From contig OZ244197.1 in NCBI GenBank assembly GCA_965216785.1, positions 1,408,001-1,472,000 of the forward strand: DNA of 64,000 nt, in the 5' to 3' direction. A program made the translations under genes and the position numbers. Below are positions 49,168-58,417 of the stretch, piece after piece. The notes beneath the pieces were generated by a model. The model saw only the letters and a list, made by a program, of their open reading frames with translations. It made no database searches and was not told where the DNA came from. Position 1 is the first letter of the stretch. Each line of letters begins with the position of its first letter. Source of the DNA: Thermodesulfobacteriota bacterium (GTDB lineage: Bacteria > Desulfobacterota_D > UBA1144 > Nemesobacterales > UBA2774).

Positions 49168-49893
49168 ATGACAGCTGGAAATGATAGTAAAGATCTAGAC
49201 CTGAGAGAAAAAGGACGCGCGACAGACGGCACAGAGATTTATTCTGACAGACAGCTTCTAATGCAGTTTTTGGCATTCGGGGACTGCGGGGATACGGACG
49301 AGATTGTTGCCGCTCTTACAGACGCCCCTTTTGCCTCTGTCCTGTATGCGGATATAAATGACCCATACGGGGTAGGGCTCCTTACGCTGAGTGAGGATCC
49401 CGCGTTTTTTGTTACGGAGCTAAGAGAATTTCTCAACAGAGCGCCCTTTAGCGAGCTTAGGCTAAAACCTGAATTGACCATGCTGGGCAGGACCTACTCG
49501 CTTGGGTACGAGCCTGACCTCGAAAGGACTCTAATACACGGCCCCCGTGAGAAAGTGCTTGATCCTGAGCTCGGCTGGTCGATCTGGTATCCGTTAAGGC
49601 GAGCTAAATCCTTTGAGACCCTTTCTCATGACGAGCAGCGGGCAGTGCTGGGCGAGCACGGCAAGCTTGGGTTTAAGTTCGGCCAGGCAGGTTATGCCAA
49701 AGACATACGCCTAGCGTCCCACGGGCTCGACAAGGACGATAACGATTTTGTAATCGGCATCCTGGGTAATGACCTTTACCCTATGTCAAAGCTGATTCAG
49801 GCAATGCGCAAGACAAAGCAGACCTCAATGCATCTGGAAAGCCTGGGTCCGTTTTTTATCGGCAAGGTAATTTATCAAAGCAGCATAACTTAA
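49168..49893 (+). CDS. Chlorite dismutase / coproheme decarboxylase (ChdC/HemQ) family heme protein
   Basis: WYPLRR...F..L...EQ...L.EHGKLG (proximal His), GLD..DNDFVIG, GPFFIG; GAGGTG SD. Confidence 0.8.
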   Translation: MTAGNDSKDLDLREKGRATDGTEIYSDRQLLMQFLAFGDCGDTDEIVAALTDAPFASVLYADINDPYGVGLLTLSEDPAFFVTELREFLNRAPFSELRLKPELTMLGRTYSLGYEPDLERTLIHGPREKVLDPELGWSIWYPLRRAKSFETLSHDEQRAVLGEHGKLGFKFGQAGYAKDIRLASHGLDKDDNDFVIGILGNDLYPMSKLIQAMRKTKQTSMHLESLGPFFIGKVIYQSSIT

Positions 49894-49956
49894 TTCATCT
49901 CTAGTGCCGGACGGAAATTTTCCGGATGTTTACCCGGGTAGCGGCAGGAGAATACA

Positions 49957-50523
49957 TTGGGCTATTTCGATGATAAAAAGAACGTAGAAGAATATATCAA
50001 AATGGCTGAGGGATACGACGGGCGATTTTTAATTGATGTTCTTTTAAATTATTTGCCAAAAGGCAAGACGGTCTTGGAATTAGGTATGGGCCCTGGAGTA
50101 GATTTAATCATGCTTAGTCAGCTTTACCAGGCGACTGGCTCTGATAGCTCGGAAGTTTTTATAGAGCGGTTTAGAAAACAGCACCCGTCCGCAGATTTAA
50201 TCAGAATAGATGCTGTAGCTATGGATATCGACAGAAAATTCGATTGCATCTACTCAAACAAGGTGCTCCATCACCTTACCTCCAAAGAGCTTGAGACCTC
50301 TCTCCAGCATCAGGCGCGCGTGCTAAATAGTAACGGGATTGTCTTACACTCTTTTTGGCACGGGGATAAAGAGGAGACTCATCACGGACTCAGATTCGTT
50401 TATTATACCGGGGAGTCTTTAACAAAATTAGTCGGCTCGGAATATGAGATTCTGGACCTGCAATGTTACGAGGAGATGGAACCAGACGACTCGCTCTATC
50501 TCCTACTCAGAAAGCTCACCTAA
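49957..50523 (+). CDS. Class I SAM-dependent methyltransferase
   Basis: [26 protein letters not shown]. Confidence 0.88.
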   Translation: MGYFDDKKNVEEYIKMAEGYDGRFLIDVLLNYLPKGKTVLELGMGPGVDLIMLSQLYQATGSDSSEVFIERFRKQHPSADLIRIDAVAMDIDRKFDCIYSNKVLHHLTSKELETSLQHQARVLNSNGIVLHSFWHGDKEETHHGLRFVYYTGESLTKLVGSEYEILDLQCYEEMEPDDSLYLLLRKLT

Positions 50524-51881
50524 AGTATGTATCGGCTAAGATCTCTGTCTTTTACGATCTCGGCAATCTTGTCCTTTACGTAATCCGCGTCTATCACGAT
50601 CTTTTCTTCGCTCATATCAGGAGCGTTGAAGGATATCTCATCCAGCATCTTTTCAAGCACCGTGTGAAGCCTCCTTGCTCCGATGTTCTCGGTAGATTCG
50701 TTCACGCTCTGTGCGGTCTCGGCTATTTCCTGAATTGCGTCCTCAGCAAATACGAGCTCGATGTTCTCTGTATGCATAAGCTCGGTATATTGCTTAATAA
50801 GAGCGTTCTTGGGCTGTGTCAGAATGCTGACGAAATCCTTCGTTGTAAGGGGCTCGAGCTCTACCCTTATCGGGAAGCGGCCCTGGAGCTCCGGTATTAG
50901 ATCCGAAGGTTTAGAAACATGAAAAGCTCCCGCGCCGACAAAGAGAATGTGGTCTGTGCGTACCATCCCGTGCTTTGTGTTCACGCTGCACCCTTCGATA
51001 ATCGGTAAGAGGTCCCGCTGCACCCCTTCTCTCGATACGTCAGGTCCCCCCGTGTTCTCGCGTCCGGCGACCTTATCTATCTCGTCAATGAAGATTATCC
51101 CCGACTGCTCCACCCGGTCGATCGCGAGCTTTACTACGTTATCCATATCGATTAGCTTCTGGGCCTCTTCCTGACTTAGAATCTCCAAAGCTTCAGGGAC
51201 TTTCACTTTTCTTTTCTTGCTTTTTTTGGGGAACAGGTTCCCGAGCATATCGGAGATGTTGACGTCCATCTCTTCAAGTCCCCCGGGCGAGAAAACCTGG
51301 ATGGGAAAGTTCTTAGAAGACACCTCGATGTCAACGAATCGCTCATCGAGCTTTCCTTCTCTAAGGAGCTTTCTTAGCTTCTCCCTTGTCTCACTCTGAT
51401 CCGTCTCTGCCTGAGAAGTCTCTCCCTCCGTATCCGCTGCGGGGGCAACTGGGGAGGGCTTTGGAAATAATAGATCCAGCATACGCTCTTCCGCTAGCTC
51501 TTCGGCTTTCGTTCTTACAGTAATTTTCTCCTCGTCCGTTACCATCTTTATAGCAATATCTGTTAGATCCCGAATCATAGACTCGACGTCTCTTCCGACG
51601 TAGCCGACCTCGGTGAATTTCGATGCCTCTACTTTTAAGAAAGGCGCCTGCGCGAGCTTCGCGAGCCTTCTGGCAATCTCGGTCTTTCCTACCCCTGTCG
51701 GGCCAATCATCAATATGTTCTTTGGGGCAATCTCGTCCTTAAGCTCGGGGTTAACGCGCTGACGTCTCCAGCGGTTCCTGAGCGCTATCGAAACGGCCCT
51801 CTTTGCGCTGTTCTGTCCGATAATATAGCGGTCAAGCTCAGAGACTATCTCTCTTGGTGTAAAAAATGTTTCGTTACTCAT
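50520..51881 (-). CDS. hslU: HslUV protease ATPase subunit
   Basis: [54 protein letters not shown]. Confidence 0.98.
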   Translation of the reverse strand: MSNETFFTPREIVSELDRYIIGQNSAKRAVSIALRNRWRRQRVNPELKDEIAPKNILMIGPTGVGKTEIARRLAKLAQAPFLKVEASKFTEVGYVGRDVESMIRDLTDIAIKMVTDEEKITVRTKAEELAEERMLDLLFPKPSPVAPAADTEGETSQAETDQSETREKLRKLLREGKLDERFVDIEVSSKNFPIQVFSPGGLEEMDVNISDMLGNLFPKKSKKRKVKVPEALEILSQEEAQKLIDMDNVVKLAIDRVEQSGIIFIDEIDKVAGRENTGGPDVSREGVQRDLLPIIEGCSVNTKHGMVRTDHILFVGAGAFHVSKPSDLIPELQGRFPIRVELEPLTTKDFVSILTQPKNALIKQYTELMHTENIELVFAEDAIQEIAETAQSVNESTENIGARRLHTVLEKMLDEISFNAPDMSEEKIVIDADYVKDKIAEIVKDRDLSRYIL

Positions 51882-52413
51882 CTAGTACCTCAACTGTAAT
51901 ATTATTGTTTGTATATATGCATATCTCAGAAGCTATGAGGAGCGATTCCTTTACGATCTCCTGAGCACTCAAGTCAGAGTATTTAGCAAGCGCTTTGGCT
52001 GCCGCCTGAGCGTAAGAGCCGCCTGAGCCGATGGCGATTACATTGTCGTCGGGCTCAAGTACGTCTCCTGAGCCTGAAATAAGAAACATGCTCTCGTTAT
52101 CGGCGACCGCGAGTAGGGCTTCGAGTCTTCTGAGCACCCTGTCTGTTCTCCAGTCACGGGCAAGCTCCACTGCCGCCCGTCTCAGGTTGCCCCTGTACTC
52201 TTCGAGTTTCGCCTCGAATTTATCAAACAGGGTCATCGCGTCCGCGGTGGCTCCCGAGAACCCGACAACTACTTTATCGCCGAATATCTTACGTACCTTG
52301 GTGGCTGAATGCTTTATCGCGGTGTGACCCAAAGTCACCTGGCCGTCGCCGGCCATGGCGACTTTTCCGTTTTTCTTAACGCATGCTATTGTGGTTCCGT
52401 GAAAGTTTTCCAT
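51874..52413 (-). CDS. hslV: HslUV protease peptidase subunit
   Basis: [36 protein letters not shown]. Confidence 0.98.
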   Translation of the reverse strand: MENFHGTTIACVKKNGKVAMAGDGQVTLGHTAIKHSATKVRKIFGDKVVVGFSGATADAMTLFDKFEAKLEEYRGNLRRAAVELARDWRTDRVLRRLEALLAVADNESMFLISGSGDVLEPDDNVIAIGSGGSYAQAAAKALAKYSDLSAQEIVKESLLIASEICIYTNNNITVEVLDE

Positions 52414-52417
52414 TTAT

Positions 52418-53314
52418 TTATGCCCTTGGATGTGTTTTGTCGTAAATCTCCATTAGTTTCTCAATCGAAGTATGCGTGTACCTCTGTGTGGTCGAGAGGC
52501 TTTTGTGTCCCAACATCTCCTGAATTGCCCTTAAATCGGCCCCTCCGCCAAGCAGGTGAGTGGCAAACGTATGTCTGAGTACGTGCGGGCTTATGTTCTT
52601 TGGTATTCCCGCCACTGCCGCGTACTTTTTAATTATCCTGTCAACACTCCTCGTGGTCAGTCTGCCGCCCCTTGAGTTTACAAAAAGAAAGTCTCCCTTG
52701 GGTTTTAGCTCAAGCCTTCCATGAAGATATTTTGTAATCGCGTCTACTGCCTTTGAGCCTATAGGCGCCATTCTTTCTTTACTGCCTTTCCCGAGGACCT
52801 TTACGCTCATGGCTTTTAAATCCAGGTCCTGAAGGTTAATTCCCGTAAGCTCGCTTACCCTGAGCCCGCTTGAATAGAGCAGCTCCAGTATAGCGCTGTC
52901 CCTGGCCTCAAGCGGTGTGTCTGTACCGGGGGTCTCGAGTAGCTTTACCACCTCGTCTACAGTCAGGAACACGGGAAGCCTCTTTTCGCCTTGCGGTGTG
53001 GGAACGTGCTTTGCCATATTTTTTTTGATAACACCGTTTCTCATGAGGTACTCAAAGAATGTTCTGACCGACGCGATTTTCCTAGAGATCGACACCTTGG
53101 TATTCCTCGTGTAGAGCCAGCTTATGTATGACCTCACTTGTGTTTCGTCAAGCCCTGATATATCTGCGTGACCTTGTGGCAATAGGTTCTTGTCCCTAAT
53201 GAGCTTGCAGAACTCCTTTATATCCGTCATATAGGCTTTTACGGTATGTGCGGAATAGTTCCTCTCGGAGCTAAGGTAGTTCTTAAAACCCTCGATGTGC
53301 TGATCCATGGTCAA
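52418..53314 (-). CDS. xerC: Tyrosine recombinase XerC
   Basis: RD.AILELLYSSGLRVSEL, GKGSKER, HVLRHTFATHLL, LGH.SLSTTQRYTH; directly upstream of hslVU. Confidence 0.93.
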   Translation of the reverse strand: MTMDQHIEGFKNYLSSERNYSAHTVKAYMTDIKEFCKLIRDKNLLPQGHADISGLDETQVRSYISWLYTRNTKVSISRKIASVRTFFEYLMRNGVIKKNMAKHVPTPQGEKRLPVFLTVDEVVKLLETPGTDTPLEARDSAILELLYSSGLRVSELTGINLQDLDLKAMSVKVLGKGSKERMAPIGSKAVDAITKYLHGRLELKPKGDFLFVNSRGGRLTTRSVDRIIKKYAAVAGIPKNISPHVLRHTFATHLLGGGADLRAIQEMLGHKSLSTTQRYTHTSIEKLMEIYDKTHPRA

Positions 53315-53498
53315 GTTCTAATAATATAAACACCGAGGATTATCTTTCAATGATGAATTGTTTTGCTGGTTCATTATTCCCCGGACTGTATTTTTAGAGA
53401 GGATTTAGGGTATATCAAATAAGTATTCCGAGATCGTATATAGACGGTTGATAGAATATTTATGATGTTACCGGGTAAGTAAATCGACTATAACAGTC

Positions 53499-56084
53499 TT
53501 AAAAATCTTTTGAGTACTCGTCATAGAAAAGGCCTGAAACCTGGATCCTCTTCGCTCCGATATACCTGTTTCTGTAATAACGCTTGTTCATGTTGTCGAT
53601 AGATACCTTTTTGCGTGCCGATGAAGCGTGTATGAATTGATCGTCCCCAAGATATATGCCTACGTGTGAAGGGAACTTCGCGTAGGTTTGAAAGAACACC
53701 AGGTCTCCTGTGTCCAGCTGGCTTTTAGCGACCTTATGACCCGCTCTGTAGTATATGTCTCTCGCTGTTCTCGGAAGATTTACGTTAAAGCTGCTAAATA
53801 CCTTTTTTACATATCCCGAGCAGTCTATGCCGGTCTTGTAGGAGTTGCCGCCGAATTTGTAAGGAGCCCCAAGATATTTTTTCGCGACCCTGATAATTTT
53901 TTGCTTCGGTGATATTTCATTTTTAGAATGGTAACCGTTTGATTGGTAATTATTACTGGATTTTGCGCTATAGCTGTGCATGTACTTTGCGGTGCCGGGG
54001 ATCTTAATTGTTTGTCCCACTCTGATATTGCTGCTTTTGAGCTTGTTCGCCTGCTTTAAAGCTTTAACAGTTACACCGTGGCGCTTAGCTATTACTCCCA
54101 GCGTGTCGCCTCTTTTAACCCTATAGTCTTTTCTCAGATTGTTTGTTGCTTTAGCCGTAGTCTGTGTTTTTAATTGACTGCCCTTTCCGGGAACCTGTAG
54201 TTTCATGCCGACCCAGAGCTCGTTATTAGTCAGCCCGTTCGCAGCTTTCAGCTCGCTTACTGTAACGCCGTACTTGCTTGCAATACCTCCAAGCGTGTCT
54301 CCCGTAGCGACAGTATAATTCGCGTCTCCGCCTAGCGGCTTAGGTGTGGCTACATAATCGTGGGGTACGGGTATAAGGAGCACGTCCCCCTTGTTAATCC
54401 TGTTACTTTTAAGGGCACTTGCTTTCTTTAGATCTTGAACGCTTACATTGAAATGGTCCGCTATGCCGCTCAGAGTGTCACCGGATTTTACTACATATCT
54501 TTTCTTTACATACGCCGCTTGCGTCTTCTCGGGCTCTTTCTTCGTGACTACTGTTTTTTCAGTCTCTTTGCTCTTAGCCTGGACTGCATCTTCTTTTTTG
54601 TACTGACCCGGCACTTTCAGCACCTGACCGATTCTGAGAGTGTTGCTCCTGAGTCCGTTTTCACTCTTTAACTCTTTTTGAGATACTCCGAATTTAAGAG
54701 CAATCTGGCTTACCGTGTCCCCTTTCTTTACAGTATATTTCTCAGTCTGCTTCTGTTTCCTCAGGGTTTCCGTCTCATCTGCTTGAGGCTGTTTCTTTGA
54801 ACCCAGGGCGAGCTTCTGTCCGATCCTTACATTATTTCCTTTGAGGTTATTTTTCTTTTTTATATCGTTTATGGAAATATCGTATCTTTTAGAAATTACG
54901 TAGAGGCTGTCACCCTTTTTCACTACGTACTCATTAGGTACTTGAGGACTTGAATCGGCTGCTGCTTTTTTGGTTACAAGCTCTGATCCAGGCACTTTGA
55001 GCTTTTGCCCGATCTGGATGCTTTTACTGCCGAGGTTATTAATACTTATTAATTCTTTAGTGCTTACGCCTAGCTTCTCCGCTATCTCCCCCGGTGTATC
55101 ACCTTTCTTTACGACGTAAACGTCTTGTTTTGTGTTCTTAGTAGGTTTAGTTGTTTTTGTATCGGGTTTTTTCTCAGAGGCGGGGGTCTGAGCTTCTTTC
55201 TTTTGGGTTTCTTTTGCTATCTTTTTCGGAGTTTGCGCGCCGGGCACTCTTAGTACCTGGCCGATTTGAATACTCTTGCTTTCTAAATTATTAAGCTCGA
55301 TCAGCTCTTTCGTGCTGACTCCGAGCTCTTCGGCAATCTTGCCGGGAACGTCTCCTTTTTTAACAGTATAAGTTGCGGGAAGCGGTTTCGTCTCGCTTAC
55401 TTTTTGCGGCTCGGCGCTTGTAACGTTCTTAGAGCCGGAAGGCACTTTTAAGGATTGGCCGATACTTATATTATCGCTCTTAAGAGCGTTAAGCTCTTTA
55501 ATGGTTTTAGATGTAACACCGTAGCGGTCGGCTATGTGACCGAGCGTGTCGCCGCTTTTTACCGTGTATTTCCCCGACGGCTCGTCTTTTGGTCTTACGG
55601 TAATTTCGGTGTCAATTATAGGAGCGGCTTTTTCAGGACTCGCGGCAGTTTTTTGAGACTGCTCGTTTTTAACTGTTTTTGTTGATGTTTTCTGTGGCTG
55701 CTCGGAGGATGGTATTCTGAGCTTTTGTCCAATCTGTAAGTTTGCGTTTTTTAAGCCGTTTTCATGTTTTAAATCCTTGGTAGAGACACCAAGACGCTCG
55801 GCGATTTCGCCTAGAGTATCCCCCGATTTTACTACGTAAATACTATTTTTACTTCCAGCCTGGGAATTTTCCTTCTTAGAATTTGGGATTAACAGTTTGC
55901 TGCCAATCTTTAAATTATTATTGCTAAGGTTATTTTCTTTTTTTAATTCATCAATTGATACGTCGAACTTCCTTGATAGATCATAGAGATTATCCCCCTT
56001 TTTTACAATGTATTCCTGGGATGAATATGATATCAGTGGAAGAAGGAGCGCGATACAGAAAAGCAGTAAAAACCTGTAAACCAT
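53499..56084 (-). CDS. Secreted peptidoglycan endopeptidase with 10 LysM domains and an NlpC/P60 domain
   Basis: Signal peptide; ten Y.V..GD LysM starts counted; PYKFGG...GIDCSG, LPRTA, HVGIYLG..FIHAS. Confidence 0.93.
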   Translation of the reverse strand: MVYRFLLLFCIALLLPLISYSSQEYIVKKGDNLYDLSRKFDVSIDELKKENNLSNNNLKIGSKLLIPNSKKENSQAGSKNSIYVVKSGDTLGEIAERLGVSTKDLKHENGLKNANLQIGQKLRIPSSEQPQKTSTKTVKNEQSQKTAASPEKAAPIIDTEITVRPKDEPSGKYTVKSGDTLGHIADRYGVTSKTIKELNALKSDNISIGQSLKVPSGSKNVTSAEPQKVSETKPLPATYTVKKGDVPGKIAEELGVSTKELIELNNLESKSIQIGQVLRVPGAQTPKKIAKETQKKEAQTPASEKKPDTKTTKPTKNTKQDVYVVKKGDTPGEIAEKLGVSTKELISINNLGSKSIQIGQKLKVPGSELVTKKAAADSSPQVPNEYVVKKGDSLYVISKRYDISINDIKKKNNLKGNNVRIGQKLALGSKKQPQADETETLRKQKQTEKYTVKKGDTVSQIALKFGVSQKELKSENGLRSNTLRIGQVLKVPGQYKKEDAVQAKSKETEKTVVTKKEPEKTQAAYVKKRYVVKSGDTLSGIADHFNVSVQDLKKASALKSNRINKGDVLLIPVPHDYVATPKPLGGDANYTVATGDTLGGIASKYGVTVSELKAANGLTNNELWVGMKLQVPGKGSQLKTQTTAKATNNLRKDYRVKRGDTLGVIAKRHGVTVKALKQANKLKSSNIRVGQTIKIPGTAKYMHSYSAKSSNNYQSNGYHSKNEISPKQKIIRVAKKYLGAPYKFGGNSYKTGIDCSGYVKKVFSSFNVNLPRTARDIYYRAGHKVAKSQLDTGDLVFFQTYAKFPSHVGIYLGDDQFIHASSARKKVSIDNMNKRYYRNRYIGAKRIQVSGLFYDEYSKDF

Positions 56085-56320
56085 ACCTTTACCTCCTAAA
56101 AGAAATTTAAGGACTTAGTGAATACTAGTCTCTCATTTCGCTCCTGTGCACCTCAAGGCACTCCGCATTCACAACCGTCCGAACCGGTAATTATATACTT
56201 CAGCTCCTAACAGTCATAAGACTGAACTTGTCATCATCTTCTATATACGCATATATAGATTTGAAACAGTATTTAATTTTCAAAGAGCTATTAAAACTCA
56301 ATCAGACTGAATTTCCAGTG

Positions 56321-56349
56321 ATTATACACTATCGGAAAGAATATTGTAA
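56321..56349 (-). promoter_or_regulatory. sigma70 promoter of the LysM gene, implying a ~230-nt 5' leader
   Basis: TTACAA-17nt-TATAAT on the minus strand. Confidence 0.55.
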
Positions 56350-56435
56350 GGGTATTTAAGTATTTTTCTTAATTCCGTGAGGGAACTCCGGAAATGAGAG
56401 TCGGCATTCATGTTTTCACGCGTAAACGCAAGTCA

Positions 56436-56762
56436 CTATTGTTTGAGCAAGGGAGTATTGTTCACCAGCCACTCGTTCAGCGGTAAACCCAAAAAGTGAA
56501 TGATATTAACTTTCCCGCCCTCATCTTTTTCTCTTATTAATATTTCACGTATGAGTGTCTCGGCAATCCGCTCTATATCGCCCCGGCCCATACCGTTTGT
56601 ATCTATGAACTCGGAGAGCCTGAGTGTGATTATTCCCCTACTGGGACTCTGAAAGTCCGAATCTTCTGAGTGCTCGATATTAAATGTAATATCAGACTCA
56701 GAAGGCGACTCAGCCTGGGTTCCGTCTATTCCTACAATTCGTATGTAATCGAGCGCGGGGAT
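56436..56762 (-). CDS. Unannotated 108-aa hypothetical protein, apparent ATC start
   Basis: Open frame IPALDYIRIVGIDG...WLVNNTPLLKQ*; SD-like AAGGTGGTGA just upstream of ATC; in-frame TGA three codons before the ATC. Confidence 0.6.
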   Translation of the reverse strand: MPALDYIRIVGIDGTQAESPSESDITFNIEHSEDSDFQSPSRGIITLRLSEFIDTNGMGRGDIERIAETLIREILIREKDEGGKVNIIHFLGLPLNEWLVNNTPLLKQ

Positions 56763-56828
56763 TTGTGTTCACCACCTTAAGTAAACTTCTAAGCTTTAAG
56801 TACCGTTTATTCAACTAGGTGAGTACTG

Positions 56829-57074
56829 CTAATCGATCCTGTTAGTGCAAACGTAAAAGAATTCATCTCCAAGCTCCCAGTTTACGGTCATTATCTGCAG
56901 CTCCCCCCTGTCGCGCAGTTGTTTAAGCGCTTCTACTACTTGTATCTTAGTCTCTGTATATTCCCGCTCGGGATTGGCCTCTATCAGTTTATTCGTTATT
57001 GTATCGGTGTTGCTGTTGCCCTGATCCCAACCTTTACAAAGAACCATTAGTATTTCGGATTGCAGATCGTCCAT
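56829..57074 (-). CDS. Small hypothetical protein, possibly winged-helix-like
   Basis: GGAG SD; helical pattern ending VVEALKQLRDRGELQI followed by a beta hairpin. Confidence 0.6.
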   Translation of the reverse strand: MDDLQSEILMVLCKGWDQGNSNTDTITNKLIEANPEREYTETKIQVVEALKQLRDRGELQIMTVNWELGDEFFYVCTNRID

Positions 57075-57206
57075 ATTCGTCTCCGTCCGCCGTCTTTTAT
57101 TCTTGTCTCAAAATCTTAAACGAAATATAGTGTATTATAGATTAAAGTTCAACAATTACGGAATGTGGAGCCGGTGGGCTCAGTATTATTGATATCATAA
57201 AACCTT

Positions 57207-58400
57207 ATGAAAGTTCTCCTGTATACACATGAATTTCCTCCTTTTCTTGGAGGTCTTGCGACAACAAGCTACAAGCTCGCTAAAGGGTTTTCAGACTCGC
57301 GGCTCAGCCCAATTGTGCTTGCTCCGGGGTATGGTGGCGGTGATAGAGAGGTTGACTCTTTGCTCCCATGTCCGGTCTACAGAATTCCCTCGCTCGGGAG
57401 TAAATGGATCAAGTTTGTCCCGTTTTTGGCTACATTGCTCGGATTAATTTACTTAACAATGACCGTTGCCCGGGAAAAACCGGATGCCGTTCTCTTTATC
57501 ACTGAGGAGGCTGAGACGGTGGGCGGGCTTATGCCGTGGTTTCCTTTCAAGCCGGTAGTGCGTGTTGCGGGCTCAGGGATCACTACGGCGTTCTATGGCT
57601 CTAAGCTGGGGAAAAAGCTCATGCGCTATCCTATGAAAAGACTATATACTCACTCAAGCCTCATTATTGCCGTTAGCCGGAACACAAAAGAGCTTATAGA
57701 AAGCATTGGCGTTAGCTCTGAAAAAGTGAAAGTAATATATAACGGAGTAGAGGAAAGCATGCTGTCAAACGCTCCCGATGTAGAGCGTATTACCCGCTTG
57801 AGAGAGCGCTTTGGTATAACCTGCTCGGACAAAGTGCTCATAACCGTGGCTAGAGTATTACCAAGAAAGGGGCAGGATACCGTGATAAATGCTCTCCCTC
57901 AGGTCGTTGCCGAATTTCCTAATCTTAAATATTTTGTTGTGGGTGAGGGCAGGTATCTGGATAATTTCAAAGAGCTTGCTAAAGAGCTTGGTGTTTCGGA
58001 GCACGTAGTATTTACTGGCGGAGTGAGGCACGAAGATACTTTAGATTATTATGATCTTGCCGATATTTTTATAATGCCTAACAGGTATTGGAACAATAAG
58101 ATAGAGGGTCTTCCCAACGCGCTCATCGAGGCTAGCGCGCGCTCAAAGCCGCTCATAGCAGGTGACCACGGGGGCTCTAAGGAGGCTGTTGAGGACGGAG
58201 TCACAGGGCTTCTCGTCGATCCTGAGAGCGTGGACGAGACGGCAAGCGCTATAATCGACTTACTTAGAGATGCAAAAAGAGCTAACGGCATGGGGAAAAA
58301 GGGCAGAGAAAAGGTACTGCAATCTCATACAGAAAGAGCCATGATACAAAACTACACACAAGCCGTTTGTGACGTAATGAACGGGGACGATAGTAATTAG
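57207..58400 (+). CDS. Glycosyltransferase family 4 (GT-B)
   Basis: EFPP..GG, IYNGV, RKGQD, EGLPNALIEA, GG..EAV.DG.TG.LV. Confidence 0.93.
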   Translation: MKVLLYTHEFPPFLGGLATTSYKLAKGFSDSRLSPIVLAPGYGGGDREVDSLLPCPVYRIPSLGSKWIKFVPFLATLLGLIYLTMTVAREKPDAVLFITEEAETVGGLMPWFPFKPVVRVAGSGITTAFYGSKLGKKLMRYPMKRLYTHSSLIIAVSRNTKELIESIGVSSEKVKVIYNGVEESMLSNAPDVERITRLRERFGITCSDKVLITVARVLPRKGQDTVINALPQVVAEFPNLKYFVVGEGRYLDNFKELAKELGVSEHVVFTGGVRHEDTLDYYDLADIFIMPNRYWNNKIEGLPNALIEASARSKPLIAGDHGGSKEAVEDGVTGLLVDPESVDETASAIIDLLRDAKRANGMGKKGREKVLQSHTERAMIQNYTQAVCDVMNGDDSN

Positions 58401-58417
58401 TTCAAAAGGCGCACTCT

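Noticed and set aside
52418-53314. Tyrosine recombinase as a phage or island integrase
   Set aside because: Size, motifs and position upstream of hslVU fit housekeeping XerC.
56085-56320. c-di-AMP (ydaO) or c-di-GMP riboswitch upstream of the LysM gene
   Set aside because: The conserved motifs of these riboswitch classes were not found; kept only as an unassigned structured leader.
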